A program made the translations under genes and the position numbers. The notes beneath the pieces are model-generated. The model searched no databases. It worked only from the letters and a program-made list of their open reading frames with translations, and was not told the origin of the DNA. This document shows positions 18,996-29,174 of a stretch of DNA of 60,519 nt, piece by piece. The stretch is from a virus (taxonomy: Duplodnaviria > Caudoviricetes), in the IMG/VR virus record IMGVR_UViG_3300043394_000652, positions 1 through 60,519 of that record; one strand, written 5' to 3'. Within the stretch, counting starts at the first letter, position 1; every line of letters starts with the position of its first letter.

Positions 18996-20108
18996 ATGAT
19001 AGATTTAAAAACATTAAACAAACCAGTAAAAAGAATTTGGATTCTTGGTGATATGCACCTAGGAGTAAGATCTAACTCTTTGGAATGGTTGGAAATGCAA
19101 AAAGACTTCTATGATAATCAATTTATTCCAACCATTCTTGAAAATTATCAAGAAGGAGATATTTTAGTACAGGTTGGAGATGCGTTCGACAACCGTCAAA
19201 GTATTAATATTAAAGTACTTCACTATGCAGTCGATCTTTTTGAAAGACTGGGTAAAATCTTACCAACCCATGTTATTTGCGGAAACCATGATATTTGGGC
19301 AAAGAAAAGCAATGAAGTAAGTTCAATCGATGCATTAAAATGGATTCCAAATGTTGCAATTTATAAAGAACCAAAAACTTTCAAATGGGGTGACAAAGAA
19401 GTTTTGTTAATGCCATGGCGCCGAGACACAGAGCATGAAGTTGAAACATTACAGAAGTTTCCAAATGCACAAATTGTATTCTGCCATTCAGAAGTTAGAG
19501 GTATTAAATTAAATAATAAAGTCGATAATCATGAGGGTACTGACACTGACTCATACAATCGATTTGAAGCAGTTTATTCAGGACATATTCACTATCGCCA
19601 ACGTAAAGGTAAGTTGAGAATGGTAGGAACTCCATATGAATTAACACGTTCAGACATGGATAACACTAAAGGGTTTGACCTGGTTAATTTAGAGGACATG
19701 CAAGAAACTTTCTTTGAAAATACAATTTCACCAAAGTTCGTTAAATTTAATTTAACCCAGCTGTATAATGTGCCTCTAGGAGAATTTAAAGAAAAAATTA
19801 GAAATAATTATGTGGATCTTTTTGTTCCTTCAAACATTGCAACTACATCTGCTCTTTCAAGATTAATTAATAAGGTGCAAAAAATCAGTAGAAAAATAGA
19901 TCCAAATATTTATGAATTGGATTCTTATATTGATAGTGACCTATATGACATGGACCAAATTGAAGACCTTTATAAAAACTATAATATATTACACCTATGT
20001 AATATTTATGTTGATAGTCTAACACATGATGAGAATACTAAAAATCAAATTAAAGACAGATTAAAGAAACTTCATGACTTTCACGCATATAATAATCAAA
20101 CAGATTAA
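18996..20108 (+). CDS. gp47: Mre11/SbcD-like recombination nuclease
   Basis: GDMHLG, GDAFDNR, GNHD, SGHIH. Confidence 0.9.
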   Translation: MIDLKTLNKPVKRIWILGDMHLGVRSNSLEWLEMQKDFYDNQFIPTILENYQEGDILVQVGDAFDNRQSINIKVLHYAVDLFERLGKILPTHVICGNHDIWAKKSNEVSSIDALKWIPNVAIYKEPKTFKWGDKEVLLMPWRRDTEHEVETLQKFPNAQIVFCHSEVRGIKLNNKVDNHEGTDTDSYNRFEAVYSGHIHYRQRKGKLRMVGTPYELTRSDMDNTKGFDLVNLEDMQETFFENTISPKFVKFNLTQLYNVPLGEFKEKIRNNYVDLFVPSNIATTSALSRLINKVQKISRKIDPNIYELDSYIDSDLYDMDQIEDLYKNYNILHLCNIYVDSLTHDENTKNQIKDRLKKLHDFHAYNNQTD

Positions 20109-20111
20109 ATT

Positions 20112-21785
20112 ATGAAAATACAAAGCATAGAATTAAAAAACTTTGCTTCCTATGGTAATAAGATTCAAAAAATCGAATTCGACGAGGATAAATCTGAGTT
20201 ATTTTTAACATTAGGTAAAAATGGAGAAGGCAAAACGACTATTGCAAACGCGATAGTTTTTGCTCTATATGGTAAAGTGGAAGGTGTTAAAATGTCGGAC
20301 TTACCAAACCGTATTAATAAAGAACTTTGGGTAAGAATTAAGTTGCAATGTAAATCTACGAACGTTGTAATTGAAAGAGGGCTTGCACCTGGTATTTTCA
20401 AAGTTTATTTAAATGGAATTGAATTCGACAAGGCTGGTAAAAAATCAGTACAAGATTATTTAGAAGAGGAAATCTTCGGAATCCCATATCATGTATTCAA
20501 AAACATTATTATTCTTTCGGTTAATGATTTTAAATCATTTTTAACAATGAGTAATAGTGATAAAAGACAAATCATTGATAAAATGTTTGGCTTCTCTATC
20601 TTAAATGATATGCAAACCGCAATCAAAGATGAACGTAGAAGTTTAAAAAATGAAATTGATTCTTTTACAAGAGAACTAACACAAATCAATGAAAATATCG
20701 AATCGGTTAAAGAAAAGCTTGAGACATTGATGCTTGAAAGTCAAGAAAAGGATAAGCAAAAAATTCAAGAGCTTAAAGATTCTTTAATTAGATACGACGA
20801 AAATAAAAAGAAATTGGAAGATGCTCAAACAAAAATTACAGAAAGCTTGGGTTCTTTTACAACAAATCTACAGGCAACACAGAGTATTGAATCTGAGCTA
20901 AAATATAAAATCTCAGAACTGCAAAAGAAATTAGACCTATATGAAAATAACACATGTCCAGTTTGTGAAAGTGAATTATGTGGAGATTTTCATGAGGAAA
21001 GAAAAAAGGAAATACAAAATGAGCTCACAGATTTGCCATCTAAATTAAAGAGTGCAACTGATGAAGTAGCACAAATTAGACAATCAATCTCAGACCTTAG
21101 GGAAAAGGATCGTGCTGTTCGTGACAAAGTTTCAACAATTAATACAAACATTCGAAACTTTAAAAATGAATTAATTAAGATTAAAGATTCTTTACAAGGA
21201 ACTGCTGATTTTTCTCATTTAGAGCAAATCATTAAAGACTTTGAAACTCAAGAAAAACAAAAGGAAGAGTCAAAGGATTTTAAATCAAATGAGTACCAAT
21301 TCCTTGAAATGCTTGAGGAAGTACTTGGCGAAGATGGCGTTAAAAACCTTGCAATCAAAACAATTTTGCCAGGATTAAACGCAAATATTGCCGCAATGGT
21401 ACAAACAATGCACTTACATTTCCATATTAGATTTGATGAGAAGTTCAATTGTATTATTAATCACTTAGGTGAGGAAATTAACCCAATGACCCTTTCAACA
21501 GGTGAGCGTAAGAAGGCAGACTTTATTGTTATTATTGCAATCATTAAAATTCTTAAGTTGAGATTTCCACAATTGAATTTATTATTCTTAGATGAGTTAT
21601 TAAGTTCAGTGGATGCAGATGGAATTCATAACATCTTAAAAATCTTGAGCCAGGTTATTAAAGAAAGCAAGATAAATACATTTGTAATTAATCATACCCC
21701 ACTTCCTAGAGAAATCTTTGATGCAGAGGTTCAAATTTACAGAGAAAATGGATTCTCTAAGTTTGATGTAATAAAAATAGATTAA
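20112..21785 (+). CDS. gp46: Rad50/SbcC-like recombination ATPase
   Basis: GKNGEGKTT, coiled coil with CPVC zinc hook, LSTGE signature, FLDE. Confidence 0.92.
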   Translation: MKIQSIELKNFASYGNKIQKIEFDEDKSELFLTLGKNGEGKTTIANAIVFALYGKVEGVKMSDLPNRINKELWVRIKLQCKSTNVVIERGLAPGIFKVYLNGIEFDKAGKKSVQDYLEEEIFGIPYHVFKNIIILSVNDFKSFLTMSNSDKRQIIDKMFGFSILNDMQTAIKDERRSLKNEIDSFTRELTQINENIESVKEKLETLMLESQEKDKQKIQELKDSLIRYDENKKKLEDAQTKITESLGSFTTNLQATQSIESELKYKISELQKKLDLYENNTCPVCESELCGDFHEERKKEIQNELTDLPSKLKSATDEVAQIRQSISDLREKDRAVRDKVSTINTNIRNFKNELIKIKDSLQGTADFSHLEQIIKDFETQEKQKEESKDFKSNEYQFLEMLEEVLGEDGVKNLAIKTILPGLNANIAAMVQTMHLHFHIRFDEKFNCIINHLGEEINPMTLSTGERKKADFIVIIAIIKILKLRFPQLNLLFLDELLSSVDADGIHNILKILSQVIKESKINTFVINHTPLPREIFDAEVQIYRENGFSKFDVIKID

Positions 21786-21797
21786 GATATATACTAA

Positions 21798-22619
21798 ATG
21801 GCATCATATAATTTAAAATACAATTCCGATGATAGTGTAGTTAGACACCTAATCGTCGGATTTTTAGCGGACTTAAACAGTAAAGTTTATTTCCATAGAC
21901 AGATTTCCAATAGCGAAAGAGTATTGGTTGATGTTCCATTTTATTATTCAATTACAGGTGATGACCAATTCTTAAGAGACAATTTTCTATTCTCTACTGC
22001 AAGTGGTCCAAATTGTACACCAGACCTTGGATTTGCGGATGCTAATTATGATGCGATTCCAAGGGGTGTTGCTAATCTAACATCATTGACAATTGATTCG
22101 TCAAAACTTGTAAATAAAAGAAATGTTGGAACATATACAAAAATGAATTCTGAAGGTGCAATGGAAGGTTACACTGCAGAATTTGATATGATTCCAATTA
22201 CAATGGGATTTGATATTGAAATTTTAGTATCTTCAACACTTGACTCATTTAAAATTACCGAATCAATTATCAAAAGACTTTACAAATCAAATTACTATAA
22301 TGTAGAGGTTGGACATTTAGAAGAAGGAACCTATAGACTTCCAGCTTATTATGCGTTTCCAGAGGACTACACTCAAGAAAGACCAATTGAGTTTACATTT
22401 GAGGATAAAGATAAATACAAAGTCACATTTAGTATAGAAGTTAATTCATTTATTCCTGCATTTAACTGGGGTAATGAGGAAAGCTTTGGATTGGCAAAAG
22501 AATCTACCGAAAGACATGTTGCTAATCGAATGTACGAAATCAAATCTAACGTTATTAATACTGAATCGTCTGAGTTTACTCAAAGAAACATTGATGAGAC
22601 CGATATTGACAACAGATAA
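21798..22619 (+). CDS. gp15: Tail terminator/sheath stabiliser, gp15-like
   Basis: VRHLIVGF...RQ...VDVPFYY, IPR and IPITMGFDIEI segments resemble T4 gp15. Confidence 0.65.
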   Translation: MASYNLKYNSDDSVVRHLIVGFLADLNSKVYFHRQISNSERVLVDVPFYYSITGDDQFLRDNFLFSTASGPNCTPDLGFADANYDAIPRGVANLTSLTIDSSKLVNKRNVGTYTKMNSEGAMEGYTAEFDMIPITMGFDIEILVSSTLDSFKITESIIKRLYKSNYYNVEVGHLEEGTYRLPAYYAFPEDYTQERPIEFTFEDKDKYKVTFSIEVNSFIPAFNWGNEESFGLAKESTERHVANRMYEIKSNVINTESSEFTQRNIDETDIDNR

Positions 22620-22671
22620 TTGTATAAAAAATTAGTGATATATAATAAAAGAAAATAAATTAAAATAAAAT

Positions 22672-23433
22672 ATGACAACTAACATTCTTGCACCATTCGC
22701 GAAAGTAGGAGAATCATTCCAATTCTATATAAACGGAAGAATTTTCGAAATGAATGAAAACGAAATTAAGGAGGTTGAATTTTCAACAGACTCTACCTTA
22801 AACAATGCAATTAGAGCATTTGAATCATTTGAATTCTCTCATGATTCTATTAAATGGTTCCATGGTCCAAGTAAATTTATTTATAACTTGGCTGAAGGTA
22901 AATTCCAACATAATACTTCATTGATTGAAGGAAATACTTTCTCAACACATGTATTATCTTCTGGTATGGTAAGATATAATGAAAAACATGTTGCAGACTT
23001 ATTTGAATCATTGCCATCATTATTAAATAACTTTATCACTCTTGATTTTGCTGCAACGTACGAAGGAAACAATATTGTTGTTAACTTATTTAAAATCAAC
23101 GAAGATGTTTATGTTGCACGTTTAAATAATGAAACAAAAATTTCAAAATTCTTTAAAGCAAATTCTGCTAATGAAGCAGTAGAATATGTTAAAACAGAAA
23201 CTAGTGAATCAGCACACTCTTTCTTAGCTGAAATGTTAGAAGGTGAAGAGAAAATCTTCGCAGAAAACGCTGCAAAGATTGAAACTTACGAATCAATGAT
23301 CGCTTTCTTAAAAGACCAAAAAGGATTATTGTCTGAGGCAGATAGAAACGATGAAGCAATTAAAGAAGCTGAAAACTTAATCAATTCAGAAATTAAATCT
23401 TGGGAAGATAAAATTGCTGAGTTACAAGCTTAA
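22672..23433 (+). CDS. Hypothetical late protein
   Basis: GATATATA at 22637; C-terminal coiled coil. Confidence 0.65.
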   Translation: MTTNILAPFAKVGESFQFYINGRIFEMNENEIKEVEFSTDSTLNNAIRAFESFEFSHDSIKWFHGPSKFIYNLAEGKFQHNTSLIEGNTFSTHVLSSGMVRYNEKHVADLFESLPSLLNNFITLDFAATYEGNNIVVNLFKINEDVYVARLNNETKISKFFKANSANEAVEYVKTETSESAHSFLAEMLEGEEKIFAENAAKIETYESMIAFLKDQKGLLSEADRNDEAIKEAENLINSEIKSWEDKIAELQA

Positions 23434-23452
23434 GAATTATATAGTATTTTAG

Positions 23453-23481
23453 AAAAAAGGGACGCAAAGCGCCCCTTTTTC
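23453..23481 (+). terminator. Intrinsic terminator
   Basis: GGGACGC-AAA-GCGCCCC imperfect stem with A and T flanks. Confidence 0.7.
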
Positions 23482-23572
23482 TTTTTTAACAAAATGGCAC
23501 TCAATATAATATATGAAACAAATCAATATATGTGCAGTATAATAATCATATAAATTTTAAAAATTAATTAAA

Positions 23573-23947
23573 GTGGCTAAAACAAAACACTATTTAAACA
23601 ATAAAGATTTTCATGCGGCGATGAGTGAATCCAAAGAACTTGGAAAATTAACACCAACTGCAGAGAAAATGTTATTCTTATTGGCAGAAAGAGCAATTAA
23701 TAAAATGCCGTATGTGAATAATGATGATAGACAAGATTGCCTACAGTTTGCAATCTTAGATTTATTAAAATACTGGAAAAACTTTAACCCTGATTATCCA
23801 AACGCATTTGCTTATTTTACAGAGATTGCAAAGAAAGGATACGCAAAGGGTTGGAATAAAATCCATCCAGTAAAATACAAAGGAACAATTTCAATTGATA
23901 GCTCATCAGGTGATGGTGAGGACTATGGCGGAATTTACAGTATTTAA
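23573..23947 (+). CDS. gp55: Late sigma factor, T4 gp55-like (short)
   Basis: HYLNNKDF and KNFNPDYPNAFAYFTEIA motifs; GTG start. Confidence 0.85.
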   Translation: MAKTKHYLNNKDFHAAMSESKELGKLTPTAEKMLFLLAERAINKMPYVNNDDRQDCLQFAILDLLKYWKNFNPDYPNAFAYFTEIAKKGYAKGWNKIHPVKYKGTISIDSSSGDGEDYGGIYSI

Positions 23948-23949
23948 TA

Positions 23950-24438
23950 ATGTCCATTAAAAACGTCAAACCTACAAAAAATTCAGGATTTAATCAGGGT
24001 TATTTTACCCCAAAGAATCCACATAAATATGCAGGCCCAACTCCTATAATTTATAGAAGTTCATGGGAGTATAAATTTATGATTTGGTGTGATGTTAATG
24101 ACAAAGTTTTAATATGGTCTAGTGAACCTGTTGAAATTAAATATTGGTCAAGACAAGGAAATAAACAAAGAACATATCACCCAGACTTTTATTTTAAAAT
24201 CCTAAAACAAGATGGTACATTTGAGGAATTTTTGGCTGAAATCAAGCCAAAGTCTCAAATTCAAAAGCCAACTCCTCCGACTAAAATGTCAAAGAAAGCA
24301 TTAGCATCCTATAAATTTCTTGCAGAACAATATGTGAAAAATATGGATAAATATAATGCAGCAAAAAGATATGCTGAGGAAAGAAACTGGAGGTTTATCG
24401 TTTTAACCGAGGACACAATTAAAAATGGGTTATATTAA
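23950..24438 (+). CDS. gp4: Head completion nuclease, gp4-like (TnsA-type fold)
   Basis: IIYRSSWE, WSSE, YHPDF, EIKP, FIVLTE. Confidence 0.88.
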   Translation: MSIKNVKPTKNSGFNQGYFTPKNPHKYAGPTPIIYRSSWEYKFMIWCDVNDKVLIWSSEPVEIKYWSRQGNKQRTYHPDFYFKILKQDGTFEEFLAEIKPKSQIQKPTPPTKMSKKALASYKFLAEQYVKNMDKYNAAKRYAEERNWRFIVLTEDTIKNGLY

Positions 24439-25024
24439 AAAAAGAATAAATGAACTATCAAAGGAGCATGGTGGCCGAACAAAGGCTGCAGCATACTCTG
24501 AGAAATGGTTTCAAGATGGCATCAAAAGTCGAAAGGTTAAGGAGGCACAAATTACAAGAAACCGTTTTGATGCTGGTAAAATTTATGTGTTTGGATATAA
24601 ACCAAAATTTGAAAAGGAATTGCCATGGTTTGATGAAAATCCCGTGGTATTGGCAATAGAACAAACTGGTGAAAATGACTTTGGAGTTAATCTTAATTTA
24701 TTACCAGTCAATGTTAAAGAAAAACTATTGGATGATTTATATACTAAAATGCAGGGCTTTGTAAAATCAACAACAAAGACAGCTTCAAATCCACTTACCG
24801 AAAAACCTTTAAAAATTTCTTACATAGGTATGAAAAAATATCTAGAGAAATTTGGTTGTGAATTTGCACTTAGACAATATATACCATCCCGAAAAATTAA
24901 TCAAGCAGTGGTTAGTTATCAAAAATGGCCAGAGATTGTGTTATGCGATTTTATGCAATTAAATGGTACAAATATCGTCCAATTAACTGCAGAATACAAA
25001 GACTATTTAAAAAGGAATATATAA
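24425..25024 (+). CDS. gp2: DNA end protector protein, gp2-like
   Basis: GKIYVFGYKPK...LPWFDENPVV...GVNLNLLP. Confidence 0.8.
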   Translation: MGYIKKRINELSKEHGGRTKAAAYSEKWFQDGIKSRKVKEAQITRNRFDAGKIYVFGYKPKFEKELPWFDENPVVLAIEQTGENDFGVNLNLLPVNVKEKLLDDLYTKMQGFVKSTTKTASNPLTEKPLKISYIGMKKYLEKFGCEFALRQYIPSRKINQAVVSYQKWPEIVLCDFMQLNGTNIVQLTAEYKDYLKRNI

Positions 25025-25045
25025 CTAAAATAATATTATAATATA

Positions 25046-26647
25046 ATGGCAGGATTCGTAGAAAGAAATGGACCATTGAGTACAAATAAAAGACCATTCA
25101 CTCTTAGTGATACACTGAAGAAGTTATCTTCTTTTGGTATGTACTATGATGACTTAGTATTAAGACAATCCCAGGCGATTGGACCTGTGGAAGATGCATT
25201 TGGTTATGGTGGAATGAATCCACTAGGACTTGACAATGATGATATGTATGGTGCATTTGCAGCCCTTTCAATGGCTGACACTACAATGCGTAAAAATATT
25301 CCATTCTTTGACCAAGCATATAAAGGTAAAAGAGATGAATTAAGAAAATTCGCACAACATGATGAGATTGAAGACATATTAGATATTCTATGTGATGAGT
25401 CAATTGTCTACGATAACAAGAATTTTATCGCCAATCCAGAAATTATCGGTATGGAAGTTTCTGAAGAGGTGCAAAAATATTTAAACAAAGCTTATAGAGA
25501 TATTTACCAATACTTTGGATTTGCAGCTGACCAATCTGCATGGTATTTCTTTAGAAAATGGTTGATTGATGGATATTTATCGTTTGAGATTATTTACAAT
25601 CCAGAAATGACCGAGATTATTGGTTTCAAGGAAATTGACCCAATCACACTTGTACCAGGTTATAACCACGAAGATGGTAAAAAGGTATGGATTCAATTTA
25701 AAGATGTACCTGGTAAAGAAAGAAAACTTTACGATTCTCAAATTGTTTATATTTCATACTCATCAATTACTACCGCATCGAGAGTTTCTTACCTTGAAAG
25801 ATTAGTAAGAGCATTCAACTTAATGAGAATTATGGAGCACACCAGAGTTATTTGGGCTGTTACCAACTCATCTTATAGAATGAAGTTTATTATTCCTGTT
25901 GGAGGTAAATCTAAAACTAGAGCAAAACAATCATTATCACAATTAATGAGTAACTATAAAGAAGTTGTTGATTTTGATTGGGACAGTGCATCTCTGACAA
26001 CAAATGGAAAACCAATGTTACAATTCAACAAAGAATATTGGTTACCTTCTAAGGACGGTGAGCAACCTGAGATTGAAACTTTAGGAGGCGAAGGTCCAGA
26101 ATTAAGTGATACTGAATCATTAAAATATTTCTCAGATAAACTTAAAGCTGTTTCAAAAATCCCATATTCTAGATTTATGTATGAAGATGGTGGTGGTGAA
26201 TTTGGAATTGAGGCAGATGGAATGATTAGAGACGAAATCAAATTTGCGAAATTCATTAAACGTTTACGTAGTTCATGGCAAGAAATTCTTGTTAAACCTT
26301 TATGGATTCAAATGTGTTTAAAATTCCCTGAATTTAAAGATGATGCAGGATTTAAAACTCAAATTTCGTTAATGTTTAATGAGGAAAATATGTTTGCCGA
26401 ATTAAAGCAAATGGAAATCATGACAAAACGTTTAGACTTTATTGGAACTATGAAGGATTCTCTTGTTAAAACTGACCCAATTACAATGGAAGAGACACCA
26501 TACTTCGACATGGAATTCTTGGTTGATAGATACTTAAAATTATCACCAGATGATAAAGCGGCAAATGAAGCTTATAAAGCAAGAAATGAAGCTAAAAAGG
26601 CAGAGGAACCTGAACCAGAGGATCCAATGGCTATGGGAGGAATATAA
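25046..26647 (+). CDS. gp20: Portal protein
   Basis: FRKWLIDG, SYLE, EYWLP...EIETLGG, KIPYSR, RDEIKFAKFIKRLR. Confidence 0.92.
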   Translation: MAGFVERNGPLSTNKRPFTLSDTLKKLSSFGMYYDDLVLRQSQAIGPVEDAFGYGGMNPLGLDNDDMYGAFAALSMADTTMRKNIPFFDQAYKGKRDELRKFAQHDEIEDILDILCDESIVYDNKNFIANPEIIGMEVSEEVQKYLNKAYRDIYQYFGFAADQSAWYFFRKWLIDGYLSFEIIYNPEMTEIIGFKEIDPITLVPGYNHEDGKKVWIQFKDVPGKERKLYDSQIVYISYSSITTASRVSYLERLVRAFNLMRIMEHTRVIWAVTNSSYRMKFIIPVGGKSKTRAKQSLSQLMSNYKEVVDFDWDSASLTTNGKPMLQFNKEYWLPSKDGEQPEIETLGGEGPELSDTESLKYFSDKLKAVSKIPYSRFMYEDGGGEFGIEADGMIRDEIKFAKFIKRLRSSWQEILVKPLWIQMCLKFPEFKDDAGFKTQISLMFNEENMFAELKQMEIMTKRLDFIGTMKDSLVKTDPITMEETPYFDMEFLVDRYLKLSPDDKAANEAYKARNEAKKAEEPEPEDPMAMGGI

Positions 26648-26668
26648 TTAAAATAAAATAAATATACA

Positions 26669-27016
26669 ATGAGAATAATTAAAACATTCGAGGAATTCAC
26701 AGGTTCATTGCAGGAAGATGCAATTGAAGCAGGTGAAGATTCTAAAGTAGTAGTTGATGACGTTACTCTTGATTCAGGAGATGAAATTAAATCAACAGAA
26801 ATCTTAGGGGCAATTATGTCTTCTATGAGTGAAAAGGAATTTAAAGAGTACTTTTACGAAACATATGGTAACGATGCTTTCACAGAGGAGGATATGTTTA
26901 CATTAGTCAAATTCTATAATGAGTATCAGAAAGAACAGGCTGAAAAGGAAAAAGAGGAGGAAAAAGATAAAGAATCAGAAGGTGGTGGGGAAGAAGATCC
27001 ACTTACTGGACTATAA
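26669..27016 (+). CDS. Acidic prohead core-like protein with MRIIKTFEEF tag
   Basis: Lies between portal and protease, where T4 has gp67/gp68. Confidence 0.55.
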   Translation: MRIIKTFEEFTGSLQEDAIEAGEDSKVVVDDVTLDSGDEIKSTEILGAIMSSMSEKEFKEYFYETYGNDAFTEEDMFTLVKFYNEYQKEQAEKEKEEEKDKESEGGGEEDPLTGL

Positions 27017-27079
27017 ATTTTGATTTTTTCATAAAATTACACTGATATATAATAGAAATATAATAATAAAATAATAATT

Positions 27080-29005
27080 ATGGCTAAGAACTTACTAATC
27101 CTAGAGAGATCGTCTACCGAGTTAGAGTTTAAACAAGATGGCGGTACCTATGTTCTAGAAGGTATTTTTGGAGAAATCGATAAAAAGAATCGTAATAACC
27201 GAATCTATACTGAAAGCGAATATTTACCACAAATTGAAGCTCTTCAGGCAAAAATTAAATCATCTAAATTATTAGGTGAATTAGACCACCCTAGTACATT
27301 TGATGTATCTCTTAAAAATGTTTCACATATCATTGAGGAACTTACTTATGATAAAGAAACAAAACAAGTTAAAGGACGTATCAGATTATTAGATACTGAT
27401 GCAGGTAGACAAGCAAAAGCTCTTGTGGATGCTGGAGTTCCATTACAAATCTCATCTAGAGCTGCAGGTGCTGTTGAATCTAACGGTACTGTAAAAATCA
27501 AACAATTATTTACTTACGATTTAGTAGCAGACCCTGGGTTTGAGAACGCTGAATTAAAAAGAGTTAATGAGGCTTATGGCTTTGTTAATGAAGGAAACGA
27601 TCTATTCATTTATGAAGTAGACGGAAATGAAACAAAATCAATCGAAAATATAAACGAAACAAAAATGGCAGAGTCTAAATTTATTACGGTTGAGGATTTT
27701 AACAAATACTCTAAATATCTTTCTGAAGAAATTAAATCTATTAAAGAAGGTATGAATGCTTTAACCGAAGCTGAGTCAACAAGTTCTCAATTAGAAACAT
27801 TAAAAGAGTACACTGATTATTTAGCTAAGAAATTAGACGAATCAATTAAATACTCAGAGCATATCGCTGAAAAAGCAGACCAAGGAATTCAATATACTGA
27901 AAGTCTTGCTGAAACTTTAGATAATTCAATCCAATATTCTGAGCATATCGCTGAGAGCGTTGAATCTATTAAAAACTACACAAACTATTTAGCAGAATCT
28001 TACAACGAAGGTGTAACTTCTCACGAGAACTTAATTAAATATACTGAATATTTAAGAGAGAACTTAGAGAAAGTAACTGAGTATGCTGAGTATGTTGCTG
28101 AAACTGTAAACTCTAACCTATTATTAGAAGACGAAGGTGAAGCTGCAGGTTTACCAGCTGAAGATATTAAAGATGAAACTAAAGATGTTTCTCCTGAAGT
28201 TATCGATGCAGACGGAAACAAGTATGATGCTGAAAAAGTTGAAGACAAAGAAAAAGAATTAGAATTAGCTGGTGAAGGTGATGCTGCTGGTGAAGAAATC
28301 ACTGAAGGTGATGACGCCGGAATCCCTGCTGAAGATATTAAAGATGAAACTAAAGATGTTTCTCCTGAAGTTATCGATGCTGATGGTAATAAATATGATG
28401 CTGAAAAAGTTGAAGACAAAGAAAAGGATCTTGAACTTGAAGGTGAAGGTGATGCTGCTGGTAAAGATGTTGATGCTATGGAAGCTTACAAAAATTCAAT
28501 CACTGCTAAATTAGAAGCACTTGTTGAAAAAGTAAATGCTAAGAAAAGCGAAGATCCAGCATTCTTTAAATTTATCTCTGAAGAGAAAGTAAACGAATTC
28601 AATACATTATCAGAAGAAGATAAAGCAAAAGTTACTGCTGCTGTTGAAGGTAGAGGTTATTTAACTGAAAGCCAAATCTTAGGATTATGGAATGGTGTAC
28701 TTTTAGGAAACGTTGAAACAATCAACACACCTGCGGTTATTTCAATGATGCCTGCTGAATACCAAGAAACTTGGGCAAAATTATCAGAAGGTAAAAAGAA
28801 TCAAATCTTAGCACAATCTAAATACCATAGATTAGAAACTTCTTACCAAGTTGCTAATTTCTGGCAAACAAGAGATTTGAGAGAAACTGCCCCAGTTATG
28901 GAAAAAATTGCAATGGTTGCTGAATCAACTGAAGTTGAAACAAAAACTATTGGATACGATGTTACTGGAATTGCTGAAGAAATTGCAAAAAAATTCAGAA
29001 AGTAA
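27080..29005 (+). CDS. gp21: Prohead protease (gp21-like) fused to a scaffold-like acidic region
   Basis: LEGIF, KNRNNRIY, GELDHP, ISSRAAG, DLVADP, followed by acidic coiled-coil repeats. Confidence 0.88.
   Translation: MAKNLLILERSSTELEFKQDGGTYVLEGIFGEIDKKNRNNRIYTESEYLPQIEALQAKIKSSKLLGELDHPSTFDVSLKNVSHIIEELTYDKETKQVKGRIRLLDTDAGRQAKALVDAGVPLQISSRAAGAVESNGTVKIKQLFTYDLVADPGFENAELKRVNEAYGFVNEGNDLFIYEVDGNETKSIENINETKMAESKFITVEDFNKYSKYLSEEIKSIKEGMNALTEAESTSSQLETLKEYTDYLAKKLDESIKYSEHIAEKADQGIQYTESLAETLDNSIQYSEHIAESVESIKNYTNYLAESYNEGVTSHENLIKYTEYLRENLEKVTEYAEYVAETVNSNLLLEDEGEAAGLPAEDIKDETKDVSPEVIDADGNKYDAEKVEDKEKELELAGEGDAAGEEITEGDDAGIPAEDIKDETKDVSPEVIDADGNKYDAEKVEDKEKDLELEGEGDAAGKDVDAMEAYKNSITAKLEALVEKVNAKKSEDPAFFKFISEEKVNEFNTLSEEDKAKVTAAVEGRGYLTESQILGLWNGVLLGNVETINTPAVISMMPAEYQETWAKLSEGKKNQILAQSKYHRLETSYQVANFWQTRDLRETAPVMEKIAMVAESTEVETKTIGYDVTGIAEEIAKKFRK
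28133..28462 (+). repeat. Tandem intragenic duplication, 171 nt (57 aa) period
   Basis: PAEDIKDETKDVSPEVIDADGNKYDAEKVEDKEK occurs twice; the GCTGAAGATATTAAAGATG anchors are at 28157 and 28328. Confidence 0.9.
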
Positions 29006-29055
29006 TAAAAAATCCTAATTTTTTGATTTTTTTAAAAAAAGACGGAAATAATAAG

Positions 29056-29063
29056 GATATATA
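29056..29063 (+). promoter_or_regulatory. Putative late promoter RATATATA (example before the capsid gene)
   Basis: GATATATA or AATATATA recurs at 340, 5136, 11940, 21786, 22637, 25016, 27044, 30736, 35955, 40895, 43847, 45962, 54792 and 58749. Confidence 0.75.
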
Positions 29064-29174
29064 ATAATATTAAAACATATTCGATGCTCAGTTAAGAAGC
29101 AAAAAACTGAAATTATATCGAAAACTCGTAAAATACGAACAAATAAAACCATTAAAAAATAAATTAAACAAAAA

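Noticed and set aside
23950-24438. TnsA transposase
   Set aside because: Its position between gp55 and gp2/portal fits the gp4 head completion protein, which shares that fold.
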